The notes beneath the pieces were generated by a model. It ran no database searches. It saw only the letters and a program-made list of their open reading frames with translations, and was not told where the DNA came from. Source: a virus (lineage: Duplodnaviria > Caudoviricetes). Taken from it: 64,000 nt of DNA. Every line of letters begins with the position of its first letter. The first letter of the stretch is position 1. The stretch lies in IMG/VR virus record IMGVR_UViG_3300021400_000027, positions 64,001-128,000 of that record, one strand, 5' to 3'. The translations under genes and the position numbers were made by a program. Of the stretch, positions 21,849 to 34,686 are shown piece by piece.

Positions 21849-24800
21849 TGCAAGATAAAAAGATTAAAGAATTATTTGAAGAAATTTCTAAATTGAAAGA
21901 TGGTAAAAATTCAGTTGAAGAAATATTGAAAGAAATGCAAAATGTCGACATTATAAATAATTTGGAATATATTAAAAATGAAATCATAGAGCCGGAAGAG
22001 GATAGTCCTCTTTCGGCAATTGGTTAGAAAATTTATGATTTAGTAAATAGTGATATAGATTTAGATGATTTAGTTTCATATTTTAATAATCATTAGAACT
22101 TAGACTATTGGAACGAATCAATAAATACTCTTTACAATAATTATAAAAAATATTTAAAAGATAAAGAGTAGAATGTGATTCCTGTTTCTAATGGTCGAGT
22201 TGTTGAATGGAAAGAAATTGGAATGGCGGATGCTGCAAACAGTTTTGAAGCTGAATAGAAATGGGTTATTCCTTGGTTTTCAATTTTTGATAGAAGAATA
22301 GAGAATGAGGCTAATTTAGAAGAATTAACTCCAAAGTAGTTTAAAGACTATTTAAAATCCTATAGTGATATAAGAGATATAGATAAGTTTATGAAAGCTA
22401 TCATGTCTAAAAATAATTTACAATTTACTCATGAGAAATAGAATGAAGAATTGTGGTATTGGATAAGATTAATTATGCCAAAAAACACAAGACGAGTAGA
22501 AGTTGAAGATTTAAATAGGAATTTTTGGGTAATTGCCTAGACACTTAGTGGAATTATGGCATACCTTTGGGATACAAAATCTCCTATTACCAATCTATTA
22601 AAAGGAATTTATGATGAATTATTACAATTATGGGAAAACGTATTTTATTTATGGCTTTACTATATATATACTATGGCGGCGAAGGTTAATGGGATTCACA
22701 TTGAATTTTTATACTTATCTGAATCCCCTCATGAAAGAAGTGCTGAATTAAGATTTGATAACTTTTCAAAAATTGAAACAATTGATTATATGAATAAAGA
22801 CTATTGTATAAGAATTAGCTCTTATTTAAAAGAGTTAATAAAAAAATATCCAGACAAACATTTGTGTATAATTCCTTGTATAAGAGAAGAGAATTATGAG
22901 AAAAATTATTTTTCATCTTGTTCAATTCCTATGGTATATTTTTATGATAGAGTTAAAGGAGAATCTTCTATTAAAATGCTTGCAAAAAAAGTTGGAAATA
23001 CTGTAAAGCCATTTAAAGTAGGCATATATGGAGCTTATAAAAATGATGTGGATTATTCCTCTTATTTATATGGATGGTGCGATAATGGTAAAAAGGAATT
23101 AATTTCTTATCCATTTAATCATATAAGTGCTTTTTCAGAAAGTGTTTAGAAGAAGTACTATTGTGCTTTAAGAATTTTACCTGAAATTGATTTAGATTAT
23201 ATTAATGGAGAGTTTATAATTAATTCTTTATCCTTTACTTTAATTGATGCCGTTTAGTCAATGCTTAAAAATAGAGATATGCCAATAGCTAAATGGGAAG
23301 GCACTGGTAATACTACAATATTATTAGAAGAAACCAAATTAAGTAATGAAATAACAAGAGATAGAAAACCTTATGCCGCAAGAGCATTAAGAAGAAGATT
23401 TTATTTAGGTGAAGTTTTGAGTGCAAAGAAGTGGAGTAAACTTAAAACTGAATATCTATTTGACGGAATAGAATAGATAGGTGCAGAAGAAGGAATCTTA
23501 ATAAAAATAGGAAACTATTTGCCGAATTCAACAAGAATTAATAATAGTGACTTTTATAAGGGGGGTAAAGTAGAAGGTCTTGATTTTGCTCCATAGGTTA
23601 CAGCATCAAATTCAAGAACTAATTATTTGTTTAATTTTGTGAGAACGGCATTAAGAACTGGTTCAACACCAAGCGTTAAAGATAGTAATGGAAACTCTTA
23701 TTCATCAAGTGATGTTTCAAAATCTTTAATTAAAGATTGTAATTTCTATATTCCTTGTCAGATGAGTGAGTTATAGAATTATGACCATATAAATATATCT
23801 GGCGAAGTACCAATTTCCAATGCTGAATATTATTGGAATGTAGTTGACGAAGAAATTAATTCAGAAGAATGGAATAGCTTTACTTCTAGCTTTATTCCTT
23901 ATATAACGAATAAAAAAGAATTGCGAGGATATTTGCCGGCAACATCTATCAGTTTGAGAGGATTAAGATTATTAGGCTTTTATATAATTATGAACTATTT
24001 ATTATCTGATTTTAAAAACAATAATTCCAAATTAGATAGTAAAAATATACAAATCTTTTTAAGTGCTTTTGGCGGAAATCCATGGGTTGGCGGCACAATG
24101 AAATATTTGTAGAATCAAAGTAAAAAAATAACCTAGTTCTATTTTAAAGAAAATATGTTATTAGATAATTTTGTATACGTTCCAAAAAGTTATATAACTA
24201 ATGAAGATTTTATTAAATTAAATAATGGATTAGATATATACAAAGATTCTTTAAATTCAGAGCAAATTGCTTCAATTTAGGGTATTAAAGTTGGAGAATA
24301 TGGATATTTACTATATAGAGGTTACATAGGAAAATCTGAAATAAATTTTGGTAGAGACAGTAGCGAAAATTTACAAACTAAATTTAACGAAAATTTAAAA
24401 GATAATCTTTATTTAGATATTTATAATAAGGATAGATGGAGATTACCTCAAATTAATAATATTCCTGTCTTTTCCTCTATTATAAAAGTAAAAGAAGTTG
24501 GCATATAGGATACGAATTCTTTTTATTTAATTTATGATAAAACATTACAAACTTTATATGAAACAGACCCAGAGTCTTTTTCTGACTATATAGATACAGA
24601 AATTAATAAAGAAGACTCTCAATTAATCCCTTTAACTAAAGAAGAAGCACTTAAAAAATTAGGAACTATGTTAATTAAAGACTATAAAGCGAAATGGACT
24701 GTATTTGATGGGTATACTAATTATGCTGATGGTACAGCGGCGAAAAATAATATTTTATCACAAAATTTAATTACAACTGGATTGGGAAGTACTTATGATG

Positions 24801-25933
24801 AACTTGCAGAATTTACTTTTGCTTTTTACAATGGAAATATTGGTCCAGTATTAAAAACAGGAAGACTTCGTTCTATAATTAGAGATAAGAGTGAAGGAGT
24901 AATAAGGTCTTCATGGTATTAGGTGACAACATGGAGTAAAATGGCAGAGCAATTAAATATGATGTGGGTAACTTCTCGTTCGTTTACGGATGATGATTAC
25001 GATCCTTGTTCAGATACTACTCCATATTCACAAAATGAAAAGGATAAATGGGGATAGAAATTTAATATTGAAAAACTTCATGACTTTTATAATGAAGAAA
25101 ATTTAATTTCGTTAGGAATTCCAGAAGAAGAAAAAGTAGTTATACCAGATAATACAAATTTAACATCTTTTAATTATGGAATAGACGTATCAGAAGAATA
25201 GAAGACAATTAATTGGAACACTTTTAGTACAAATACGTCTTCAAATATGGCTAATGCAACTTTTAAAAGAGATTTCGTTATAATTAAAGCTGGCTATGGA
25301 AAATATACGTCTCAAATTGATTAGCAATTTGCTAATAATGTAAACGGATGTAAAACTAATAGTATACCTTTTGGCTTGTATTATCATGCATATGCTCAAT
25401 CTGAGGCAGAAGCAGAACAAGAAGCACAAACATTTTTAAGTATAGCTAATGGAATTTGTGTACCTTCGGATTTAACACTACCAGTTTATTACGAATATGA
25501 TTTAATTAATTCTAATGCCGGCAATATAATTGAAGCCTTTTGTAGAAAAATTGAATAGGCTGGTTTTACTCCCGGATTATGTATTAATGAGTCTAAGCTA
25601 TATGATAAAATAAAGAAGAATAAAGATACTACATAGCTTTCTATAAAAAGGAATACTTATATAAAAAATAATATTGTAGATAGAAAGAGAACATGGGTTA
25701 AATATTATCCTTATAAAGGAGTTAATGGTATGCCAGATGCTGAACAAAGGAAATGTCTTGATTTATTTAAAGATGAAGAAGGGAATTATTTATATGGAAT
25801 TTGGCAATATTCTAATGGTACTGAAACTAATTTAACTAAGGATAATAATAACCAATTAATTGAAAGTCGAGAAATTAATGGTATTAATACTAATACCACT
25901 ATTAATAGAGATATTTTATTTTATGGCTTATGA
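21848..25933 (+). CDS. Large putative virion protein with C-terminal GH25 muramidase-like domain, ~1361 aa (code 15)
   Basis: Track ORFs 22556-25730 in one frame; YGIDVSE, FVIIKAGYG, GLYYHAYA, IWQYS. Confidence 0.8.
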
Positions 25934-25945
25934 GAGGTGATTTAA

Positions 25946-26143
25946 ATGCCAGAACTAAATGAGCAAAACGGAATGCATGAAGCTGATATTACTTGGGCAG
26001 ATTACAAATCAATAATTGCCGCAGGCGGATATGAGCCAGACAAAATTTATTTCATTGAGGACTTATCAAGCCAATCTGAGGCTTTAAGAGACCTATTAAC
26101 AACAATGAATTAGTTATAGGCTTTGATTAACAATCATACTTAA
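25946..26143 (+). CDS. Small fibre-associated hypothetical protein (code 15)
   Basis: RBS GAGGTG; ITWADY...PDKIYFIED motif. Confidence 0.65.
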
Positions 26144-26218
26144 AAATAGTAAAATGTTGCGCCGGCACGCATTAAATTGATGAGTGGCGGCGCAAAATAA
26201 ATTGAGAGGTGAAATTAA

Positions 26219-29044
26219 ATGGGTGTAATTATAAGAAATGGTAACGCTTATGGCGGATTTGATAAAGACTTTACTGTAGTAGAAAGTTTAGCTAGCATTG
26301 AATCGCCAAAAACAGAACATTTATATGCAGTTGGAAAGAAACTTTATTATCATAATGGTACTGAATGGATTGAGTTTAATCCTGATATTGAAATTCCGAT
26401 TGGAACTCCGGAAGTTATTAATGCAGAAGAAAATCAAATTTTAGTTGGAGATGGAGATGGATGGACTAAAGGCTCTCATTTTAAATAGTTAAATGGTTCT
26501 TTTGGTGCTGGTATTGATGTTTCAGAAAATGTTCCAATTGAATTTGGTTATAGAGATGGAGACGACTTTAAATATGGTTTATAGATTAAAGCAACTCCTA
26601 ATATTCCTAAAAAAGTAAGACATTGGTCTAATGAATTTGATGGACCTACGATAATCGTAGATGGTGGTTTTATTGAATTAAAAACACAAGGAGCATCTTA
26701 GGAACATTGGACTGGACCAAATATTTCTTTAAGAGGAGATAGTTTAATTGATATTTCAAGTACTCCTACTACTCCATATTATACGCCTTTAAAAAATGAA
26801 GACCATTAGCGTATTAGATAGGCTTTTGATTTACCTCAATATCCAAGCGTAAAATTTACAGCTACTAATATACCAATGTTAAAAATGAAAGATAGTGCAA
26901 CAATAATTATGGAAGAAAATTCTTTACTTCAAATGAAAAATGATGCTATTGTTGAAGTTAGTGGTGCAGCGAAAGTTTCAATTGATGGATATTATAGTAC
27001 TAAAGGCGGCCCTATAGTTAGTGGACCGGACCCAACAGAAGTATTTATTGGACCGGGGTCACATATTAAAATAAGTGGATAGGGCCGTGATAAAACAGGC
27101 TATCCATATGCTGCGATTTCATCCCCATATTTTTGTATGGAAAAAGACCATATAATAATGGCAGTTTTCCCTCCAAGTTCATCAACAATTGAGTATAAGT
27201 CTGGGGGAGATACTTCATTTAGAGTTACTCCTGTTTTTGATGGTGGTACAGGATGGGCCCCTTCTTTAGGTTTCGGTGATGATTCTTCATTTAATGGCAA
27301 ATAGATTGCTGCACATCCTACTCTATGTGATAATCGTACCACATTGAGCGATTCAATGTTATCTTGGAATGGTAGAATTTAGAATCCATATGTTTTAGTT
27401 CAAGGTAAAACAACTATGGAAATTGGAGATGGCGGTGTAATTGGTATTAAAATGGGACCAGAAGAAGGTGGAGTCTTAGGTATTGATTTTACGCCCAGCG
27501 CAGGCTCTTATACTTATATTAAAGCTGGTAGTAAGGGTGGCTCTTCGACTATTTTAGATTTAACAAGTGGTGCCGGAAGTTTTAAGCATATTAAATTTGG
27601 TTTAGAGGACGGTGCGCATTTGGATATGGCTGTAGATTTTGGTGGACATAGTTCAATTAAAATCGCTCCCGGTTCACATGAATCTAATTCTGGTAGCGGT
27701 AACTGTCACCTGCCTACTTAGTTTGCTTTTAATTTAACTCCAGTTCATACTGATATAAGAGCTTAGTGGCATGAGACTTTATGCTATCTTGAAAGTAGAA
27801 AATCTTATATTAAAACATCTGATATTAATCATATTGATATGTCTGGTGGCTTATTAATTTTAAGAAGGAAAAAAGAAGAGGTCGCTTCTTCTTCTTCATG
27901 GCGAGTATATGCAGATACGAATACATATACATATCAAACAAAGACAAATTATAATTCAATTTCTGCATTTTTAGCTGATACTAATAGAAATGAAGAAAAT
28001 ATAGATGCTTTTAATACTGACTTTGGACAAGGTGTCTTTACTAAATATAAACGCATAGTTAATTCAAGTGTAAATTCCGTTCCTTCTGATGGATATGAAG
28101 ATATGTATCAAATTACTCTTTCTAAAGTAATTTGTGATGGAGATATAGTTGTTAATTCAAATACTCCTGTTAATAACTATACTACTTGGTCTTAGGTATA
28201 GAGAAACTCTTCTTATACTTATATAGTTAATAGAGACGGTATGACAAAGAAGGATACTTCTACTTTTAGCGTATCTGGCTATAAGATTCAATTAAAAGAT
28301 ATGCATTTTATTAAAAAGGAATTTACAGTAAAAGGACTTAAAAACTCCTATGATACTCAAACAGTAACATCTTTTGCTGATTTAAATGCAGAAGATTAGG
28401 CAATTATTTAGGCAGATTTAGAAAATTAGGGCTATACAAATATTGACTTTTCTGCTGCAAAATTATCTTCTTCTACTGTTCGTTCAGATATGCGTTATGA
28501 TACTACTATTTCTAATATACAATATTATACTGGTTCTCCAATGGCACATGATTATAGTGGAGTTGTTTAGCCTACTGACGATTATGAAGGATTGCCAATT
28601 CTTCAATTATGTGGTATGTCAAGTATTTTAATGGGTGATTATGTTTATTCTGATAATACTTTTTATGAGTCTTAGGAGGACTTACCTTTATCTGGAGATT
28701 ATGTAGATGTTACAGCATTTAAACAATCTACCGCTTACTCTGCGCTTATAACAGACTTAAAATAGAATAATAGAAATCTAATTAGTTTAGGTAACATATC
28801 CAAGAATCCCGGTTCAACGGCAAATACTTATAAATATTTTTATTCATATGTATATAGACAACATATGATTGCAAGAGATAATCCTATTATTGATGTTCAA
28901 GGAAAATCAACATTATAGCTTGAAAACTTTAATATTAAAGGTTATATCGGAGAAAATGGACCAACAGTTGAATTTGGATATGAAGGAACAACAGTAAGTT
29001 TTACTATTGACGAATTACAAAGATTAAAAGCATTATTAAGCTAA
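26219..29044 (+). CDS. Putative tail fibre / receptor-binding protein, ~941 aa (code 15)
   Basis: Track ORFs 26219, 26876, 27416, 27839 in one frame, broken at TAG; Gly/Ser/Ile-rich beta-type composition. Confidence 0.7.
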
Positions 29045-29134
29045 ATTTATTGCAATTAAACAATTATTCTTTTGACTTCTTTAAAATTCTATGCTATAAT
29101 TAATGCATAAAATAATTCAAAAGGAGTGATTCAA

Positions 29135-30247
29135 ATGGCTACATTTGTTAATTTTGGAACAGACGGCGGTGAATTCGCCGAAACTAACTTCATTGGCGGT
29201 CCAAACATTGGCTACTCAGATGGCTCACCTTTCTTAAGTGCAAATCGTCCAGTGCCGTCTTTCGACCCCAAAGAAAAAATTTGTGGCTTCACATACGGAT
29301 ATATGGCTAATCGTGGGGAGTATCGCTCCCCCCGAGGTGTCGACTCTCAACGTAGACTCTTCGACCTCGGCGTGAATTGGATTTGTTTGGCAATTGCTAA
29401 TTATCAAAACAAATACTATTCAACCGAAATCCATGCAGACTACTTAAAAACACCTACTGACCGTGACATTGCGGCAGTTGTTGAGAGGGCGCACAATAAT
29501 GGTGTTAAGGTCTGTTTAAAACCAATGGTAAATACAGAAGATGGCGTGTGGAGAGCACATATCGGATTCCCTGACCTTCATTCAGGAGACATGGACTATT
29601 ATTGGAAACAGTGGTTCATTAGCTATAAAAATTTCTTACTCCACTATGCTGAACTTGCACAAGAACTTAATTGTGAAATGTTATGTATTGGTTGTGAAAT
29701 GATTGGTACAGAGCATAGAAAATATGATTGGCTTTATTTAATTGAGCAAGTTAGACGTGTTTATAGTGGTAAAATTGTTTATAATGCTAACCATGACCGA
29801 GAGGACGCAGAAAGTTGGTTTGACGAACTCGATTATATTGGTACTTCTGCTTATTACCCTGTCGGACAGAACGGCATTAATGAACAGGCTATGAGAGATG
29901 AATGGCAGAAAATTAAGTGGAGACTTGATGCTATTGCTGAAAGTAGAAATAAGCAATATATTTTTATGGAGACGGGTTGCCGCTCTGCTACAGGAAATTC
30001 AGTAGAACCTTGGGATTTCAGCGACAAGTTCAACGAATTTAATGACCATGAGTAGGCTCTTTACTATTCAACTTGTATGGACGTATTTAAAGATGAGCCT
30101 AAGTTTGCTGGTGTATTCTGGTGGGATTGGCCTACTATATTACCTAGTCAAGAGTTCACAAAGAAAGACCTCACTTATTCTATTTATAATAAGGAAGCGG
30201 AACGAACTCTTAATAAAATTTATAGAGGAATTAGAGGGGTGAGATAA
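29135..30247 (+). CDS. Glycoside hydrolase family 113 (beta-mannanase-like), one TAG
   Basis: CLKPMVN, WRAHI, CIGCEM, SAYYP, FMETGC, PWDF, E(TAG)A, GVFWWDW; own promoter. Confidence 0.88.
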
Positions 30248-30990
30248 TGCCTGAAATTGAAAACGAGAAAAAACTAAGTAAGCATAAATTTTCTTATGAC
30301 ATTCAAAGAAAATAGTATGTTGAAGGTGACGAAAAGTTTAATACTGAAATGAAAGAAGATGGTTATATATTCTAGTTTGACCGCCTTTATACAGCTCATG
30401 ATGATTAGGATTTAAAGACTTATAAATTTAAAGCTAAATTAACAGAAGAAACTTTAGAAAAAGAGTCCGATGAAGATAGTGAAGTAACCAATATAAGTGA
30501 TGAACAAAATGCTCCATTTGTTTGGTCGTTACTTGATAATGAAATTTGGCATATTGATACTACAATTGCTGATTATAATGCAATGGTAGATACACTTTGG
30601 TAGAATGTATATGATGATACTACTGGAGAACGCCTAAATGAACAAGAAGAAGAAACTATAAATGCAGAACGTGGCGTTCAGTATTATAAAGAAATGAATA
30701 TTATCCTTAATAATGAGGAGTATCATTTACCAGAAGATTGGAATGGTAAAGATAAAATTTATTTCATTACTGATATGAATCCAGAAACCAATCTCGATGT
30801 ATCAAAAACTTATCCACAAATTCCAGAAGGCACAGATGGAATTATTGAATAGGCAATTGGAACAATTGTTAAAGGTCTTAAAGCTCTTGTTACTTTAGAA
30901 GTTGATTATGATGATGTTGTCGCCGGTGGCATTAATCCAGAGGAATATGGTTTTAAAAAGAGCGAAAGTGGAAAGCTGATTAAATCCTAA
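30247..30990 (+). CDS. Acidic hypothetical protein (code 15)
   Basis: ATG overlaps the preceding TAA; open under code 15; KIYFITD motif as in 25946. Confidence 0.7.
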
Positions 30991-31063
30991 AAGTCAATCA
31001 TTAGATTGACTTTTTTATTTTTCTTTAGTATAATTTAAGAAAAAGTTTTGGAGGGATATTTTA

Positions 31064-32149
31064 ATGGAATTTAATGTACGTCAAAAAAAAGTTATAAATG
31101 CAGAAGAGCCTAAAATTCTCTGCTTATCTTCCGCCGCCAGTGGCAAAACTCGTGTACTCACTGAAAGAGTTAGAGTTTTAATTGAAGAAAAAGGTGTGCC
31201 GGCGAAGGAAATCGTAGCAATTACTTTCACCAATCTTGCAGCAGATGAAATGAGGAAAAGATTAGGTTCAATTGCAGAAGGAATGTATATTGGTACGATT
31301 CATGCCTATGCGGCGAGAATTTGTTATGAAAATAATATAGATGTTTAGCATTTTATTGATACTGAATACTTTGATAAAATTTTGGATAAGGCTTTAACTA
31401 TCAGCAGAAGTCACTATCCTAAAGTTCGTCATCTTTTAATTGATGAGTGTCAGGATTTAAATGACCTTAACTATCGCTTCATCAATCGCATTCCGGCGGA
31501 AAACATCTTTTTCGTAGGTGACGAGAAACAAATGATTTATCAGTTTAGAGGAGCTTCTGAAAAAGAACTTATGAATATCTATAAAGACGTTAATTATAAA
31601 AAGTATTATCTTATAGATAATTATCGTAATGCTCCTTCAATTGTAGAATTTGCAGAAGATTTTCTTGCAAGTTCACATCATTTAAGTCCTCTTTCCAATC
31701 CTGTAAAAAAGAAAAGAGGAACAGTAGTGGAATGTTCTTTTAGAGAAGCGGTTGAAGAATTAGAATATAGTGGCAACTGGGGGTCTTGGTTTGTACTAGG
31801 AAGAACTAATGCTCAAATTCAAGAAGCCCAACGTATCCTTAATGAAAAAGGAATCCCTAATATTAGTTTTAAGAAAGGAGATTTTGACCTTGATGAATTA
31901 ACAGAATTAATGGCATCAGATAAAGTTAAAGTCCTTACCATTCATACGGCAAAAGGGCTTGAAAATAAAAATGTAATTGTTACTGGTGCTAAATTATATA
32001 ATGAGGAAGAGAGACGAATTGCTTATGTTGCGGCTACAAGAGCAGAAAACTCTCTTTATTGGTGCCCTGGAATTGTTTCTCCTCGTAAACAAGTCAATAA
32101 AAAGGGAAACATTTTTGCACAAGGCAATACTAAAGTAATTGAATTTTAA
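31064..32149 (+). CDS. UvrD/Rep-like SF1 helicase (one TAG)
   Basis: AASGKT, ITFTN.AA.EM, LIDECQD, VGDEKQ.IY.FRG, NYRN, LTIHTAKGLE, YVAATRA; the two track ORFs join at TAG 31346. Confidence 0.93.
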
Positions 32150-32631
32150 TGGATTTTCCTAATTACTTACTTTATGAAGATGAGGATATAAGAATTGAGA
32201 TTGATGGTATGGCACATTATTACATTGATACAATTGTAATTCCTCATATTAAGCCGCCAGAGGTCTTTCTTAATACTATTCTCCCTTTTATTATGAATTG
32301 GCTTGAAAAGGAAGGATGGAATAAAGGAAAGAAACCTGTTAAATTTTGTGGACAAGCCCCTATCATTCAGCAAGGAAAATATGCTGTATTTTCTGAACCC
32401 TTTTCTGTATTTGAGCCGGCGCAAGCTGTATTAGCAGAAGTTGGCTCTCTTAATGGTAAAGAGGAAGAAGTTGAAAGTCTTGTAAATGAGTGCTATGAAG
32501 ATACTCTTGAAGAAGGAGAGCATTTCTATTGTAAAATTCTGAAAGAGGAAATCGAAGGCATTAAAGGTTATTTCATTTTTATTAACGAAAAAGAAATTAT
32601 AATGATGACATGGGGTTTTGAAACGAATTGA
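32149..32631 (+). CDS. Hypothetical protein
   Basis: Translationally coupled ORF. Confidence 0.7.
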   Translation: MDFPNYLLYEDEDIRIEIDGMAHYYIDTIVIPHIKPPEVFLNTILPFIMNWLEKEGWNKGKKPVKFCGQAPIIQQGKYAVFSEPFSVFEPAQAVLAEVGSLNGKEEEVESLVNECYEDTLEEGEHFYCKILKEEIEGIKGYFIFINEKEIIMMTWGFETN

Positions 32632-32733
32632 TTATATTGTCCTAAAATCAATTCTACTTATAAATTACCAGTTTTTCTGGTGAAGCGTGATTCCTTTTCT
32701 AAGACTTTTTAGTCATAAAAGGAGGAATTTTTA

Positions 32734-33741
32734 ATGAAGTTTGAAAAAATTATGACAGTTTTAGCAATAGCTTTAACCACAATCGTTTCGGTAGGTTGTA
32801 TGGAAAAGGATGCTATTGCTGTGGGAGAACCGACAACAGAAAGTAGTATTGTATCTACAGTTGAGACAACTTCAACTTCAACTACTTCTACTTTTGAAAC
32901 AACCACAAGTAGTGACACTACAACCACAACCAGTGAAACTACAAGTGGTGAAACCTCTGCCGCCACAACAGAGTTAGCCAGTAGTACTACTATTAATACT
33001 ACTACTAATGAAGTAAGTACTACTTGTCTGTGTGATACTAATTGTAGTTGCGCCGGCACAACAAGTTCAAAGGAAACCACTACAATGACTGTTGATGAGG
33101 TTAAACCTGAACCAACTGAACCTACAACTGCTGAAAAGGCAGAAGAAATTGTAGATGCTTTAATCACTAATGTAAGTGATTTTTTAGAATCAGTTGAGAC
33201 ACAAATAGAGACAGAAACAGAAAAAGAAACAAGACAAAGAGAATTTGTCGTTTACAAACCAAGCACATACTACGTTCATCGCTCAACTTGCCATTGGGTA
33301 GATTCAACTTGTTATGAAATTGAAGACACCAGTGGTCTTGAAGCTCGGAAATGTACAGAGTGTAATCCAGATATTGAGATTGTAACTCCATATGTTGTTG
33401 AGACTACGGCTGAACGGAATGAGAGGGCATCCAGTATGAGTGCAGATTATCTTGGAAATTTCCGTATTACTGGATACTATGGCGATAGTCAGACTGCCAG
33501 TGGTAAGACCCCAAAAACAAACCACACAATTGCTATGAATAATGCTCAACGTAAGGAATTAGGACTTTCTTATGGTGATGTAATTTACATTGATGGAGAT
33601 ACCATTAAAGGTTATTATACCGTTGAAGATTGCGGTTGTAAGTGGGGAGTAATTGATGTGTTCTGTAGCAGTGAAGCAGAGTGCTATCGCATTACTTCTT
33701 ATGCAGATGCTTATTCTAATGTTATTATAAATGAGAATTAA
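32734..33741 (+). CDS. Exported or lipoprotein with Thr-rich linker and C-terminal 3D (MltA-like) domain
   Basis: Signal peptide ending IVSVGC; ITGY...TASG...IA...YTVEDCG...IDVF. Confidence 0.8.
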   Translation: MKFEKIMTVLAIALTTIVSVGCMEKDAIAVGEPTTESSIVSTVETTSTSTTSTFETTTSSDTTTTTSETTSGETSAATTELASSTTINTTTNEVSTTCLCDTNCSCAGTTSSKETTTMTVDEVKPEPTEPTTAEKAEEIVDALITNVSDFLESVETQIETETEKETRQREFVVYKPSTYYVHRSTCHWVDSTCYEIEDTSGLEARKCTECNPDIEIVTPYVVETTAERNERASSMSADYLGNFRITGYYGDSQTASGKTPKTNHTIAMNNAQRKELGLSYGDVIYIDGDTIKGYYTVEDCGCKWGVIDVFCSSEAECYRITSYADAYSNVIINEN

Positions 33742-33933
33742 CCCATAGAGTATGGGGCTTTGAAGATTGGCAACCTTCAATTTTAAAGGGAAACAAGAAT
33801 AAGAGCAACAAACAATATGGGAATCACGCAAATTTTAGGGTGGCGGCGCAACGTCACCCTTTTATTATTTATTTGATTTTTTTAAAAAATTGTGAGATAA
33901 TATAGGTACGATAAAAGAAAGAGGTGAAAGTAA

Positions 33934-34437
33934 ATGGTTTATGTAGCTTCGGACTTAAAAATTAAAGAGTCTGATGAAAGAGATTAGGATATTATTAGAG
34001 GTTGGAATTCTGTCATTACTGATGAAGATTGGGTTCTTTTAACTGGAATTATTACACCTTCAAAGGAGGCTGCAAGTGTTAAAAGAATTTTTGATACGCT
34101 GAAAGGAAAAAAGCGTATTATGGATATTTCTTTTAGGAACAGTGATGAGGTTGAACGTTTTAAATTTATAACTGGAAATCAGCCCTATCAAATTTCTGGG
34201 TTTGTTCCGGGCGTAATTCAAGGTGAAGAAGTTAATGTAGTATTGCCAATTAATGCTGATTAGCTTAAACGGGAAAAGGATAGAAAAAATTACTGTGCCG
34301 GCGCAGGGTCTTTATTAAATTAGGAAGAAGTTTATTAGGACAAATGTCTTGATATTAGTATTGATAGGTGGGGTTTTATACCTATAGTTTATACTGATAT
34401 TCCAGTTTTAATTAACAATATTTTAACTTATGATTAA
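33934..34437 (+). CDS. Degenerate calcineurin-like phosphoesterase (code 15)
   Basis: YVASDL, WNSVI..ED.V..L.G, L.GKK, DISIDRWGF.P; metal ligands missing. Confidence 0.6.
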
Positions 34438-34445
34438 AGGAGAAA

Positions 34446-34685
34446 TTGATTATGGAGTTATTTAAAATTTCTACGGTTGGAGAATTCTTTGGGCTATTAT
34501 TGCTCGCAATCGCAATTTGGTTTGCACTTACAACTTTTTATTTATGGCTTTGGAAAGTAATCGCTGTTGCAATTTTTGGACTTCCTCAGCTTTCATTTTG
34601 GCAGTTTGTTGGACTTGAATTACTTACAAGGTCATTAACTGCTCATAATGATATTGGTCAGTTTAAAATTAAGGAGCGTGAATAA
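34446..34685 (+). CDS. Small membrane protein
   Basis: Hydrophobic helices, FGLPQLSFWQ motif. Confidence 0.7.
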   Translation: MIMELFKISTVGEFFGLLLLAIAIWFALTTFYLWLWKVIAVAIFGLPQLSFWQFVGLELLTRSLTAHNDIGQFKIKERE

Positions 34686-34686
34686 T

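Noticed and set aside
33742-33865. Riboswitch or sRNA after the 3D-domain gene
   Set aside because: Only short hairpins and a terminator; no recognisable consensus
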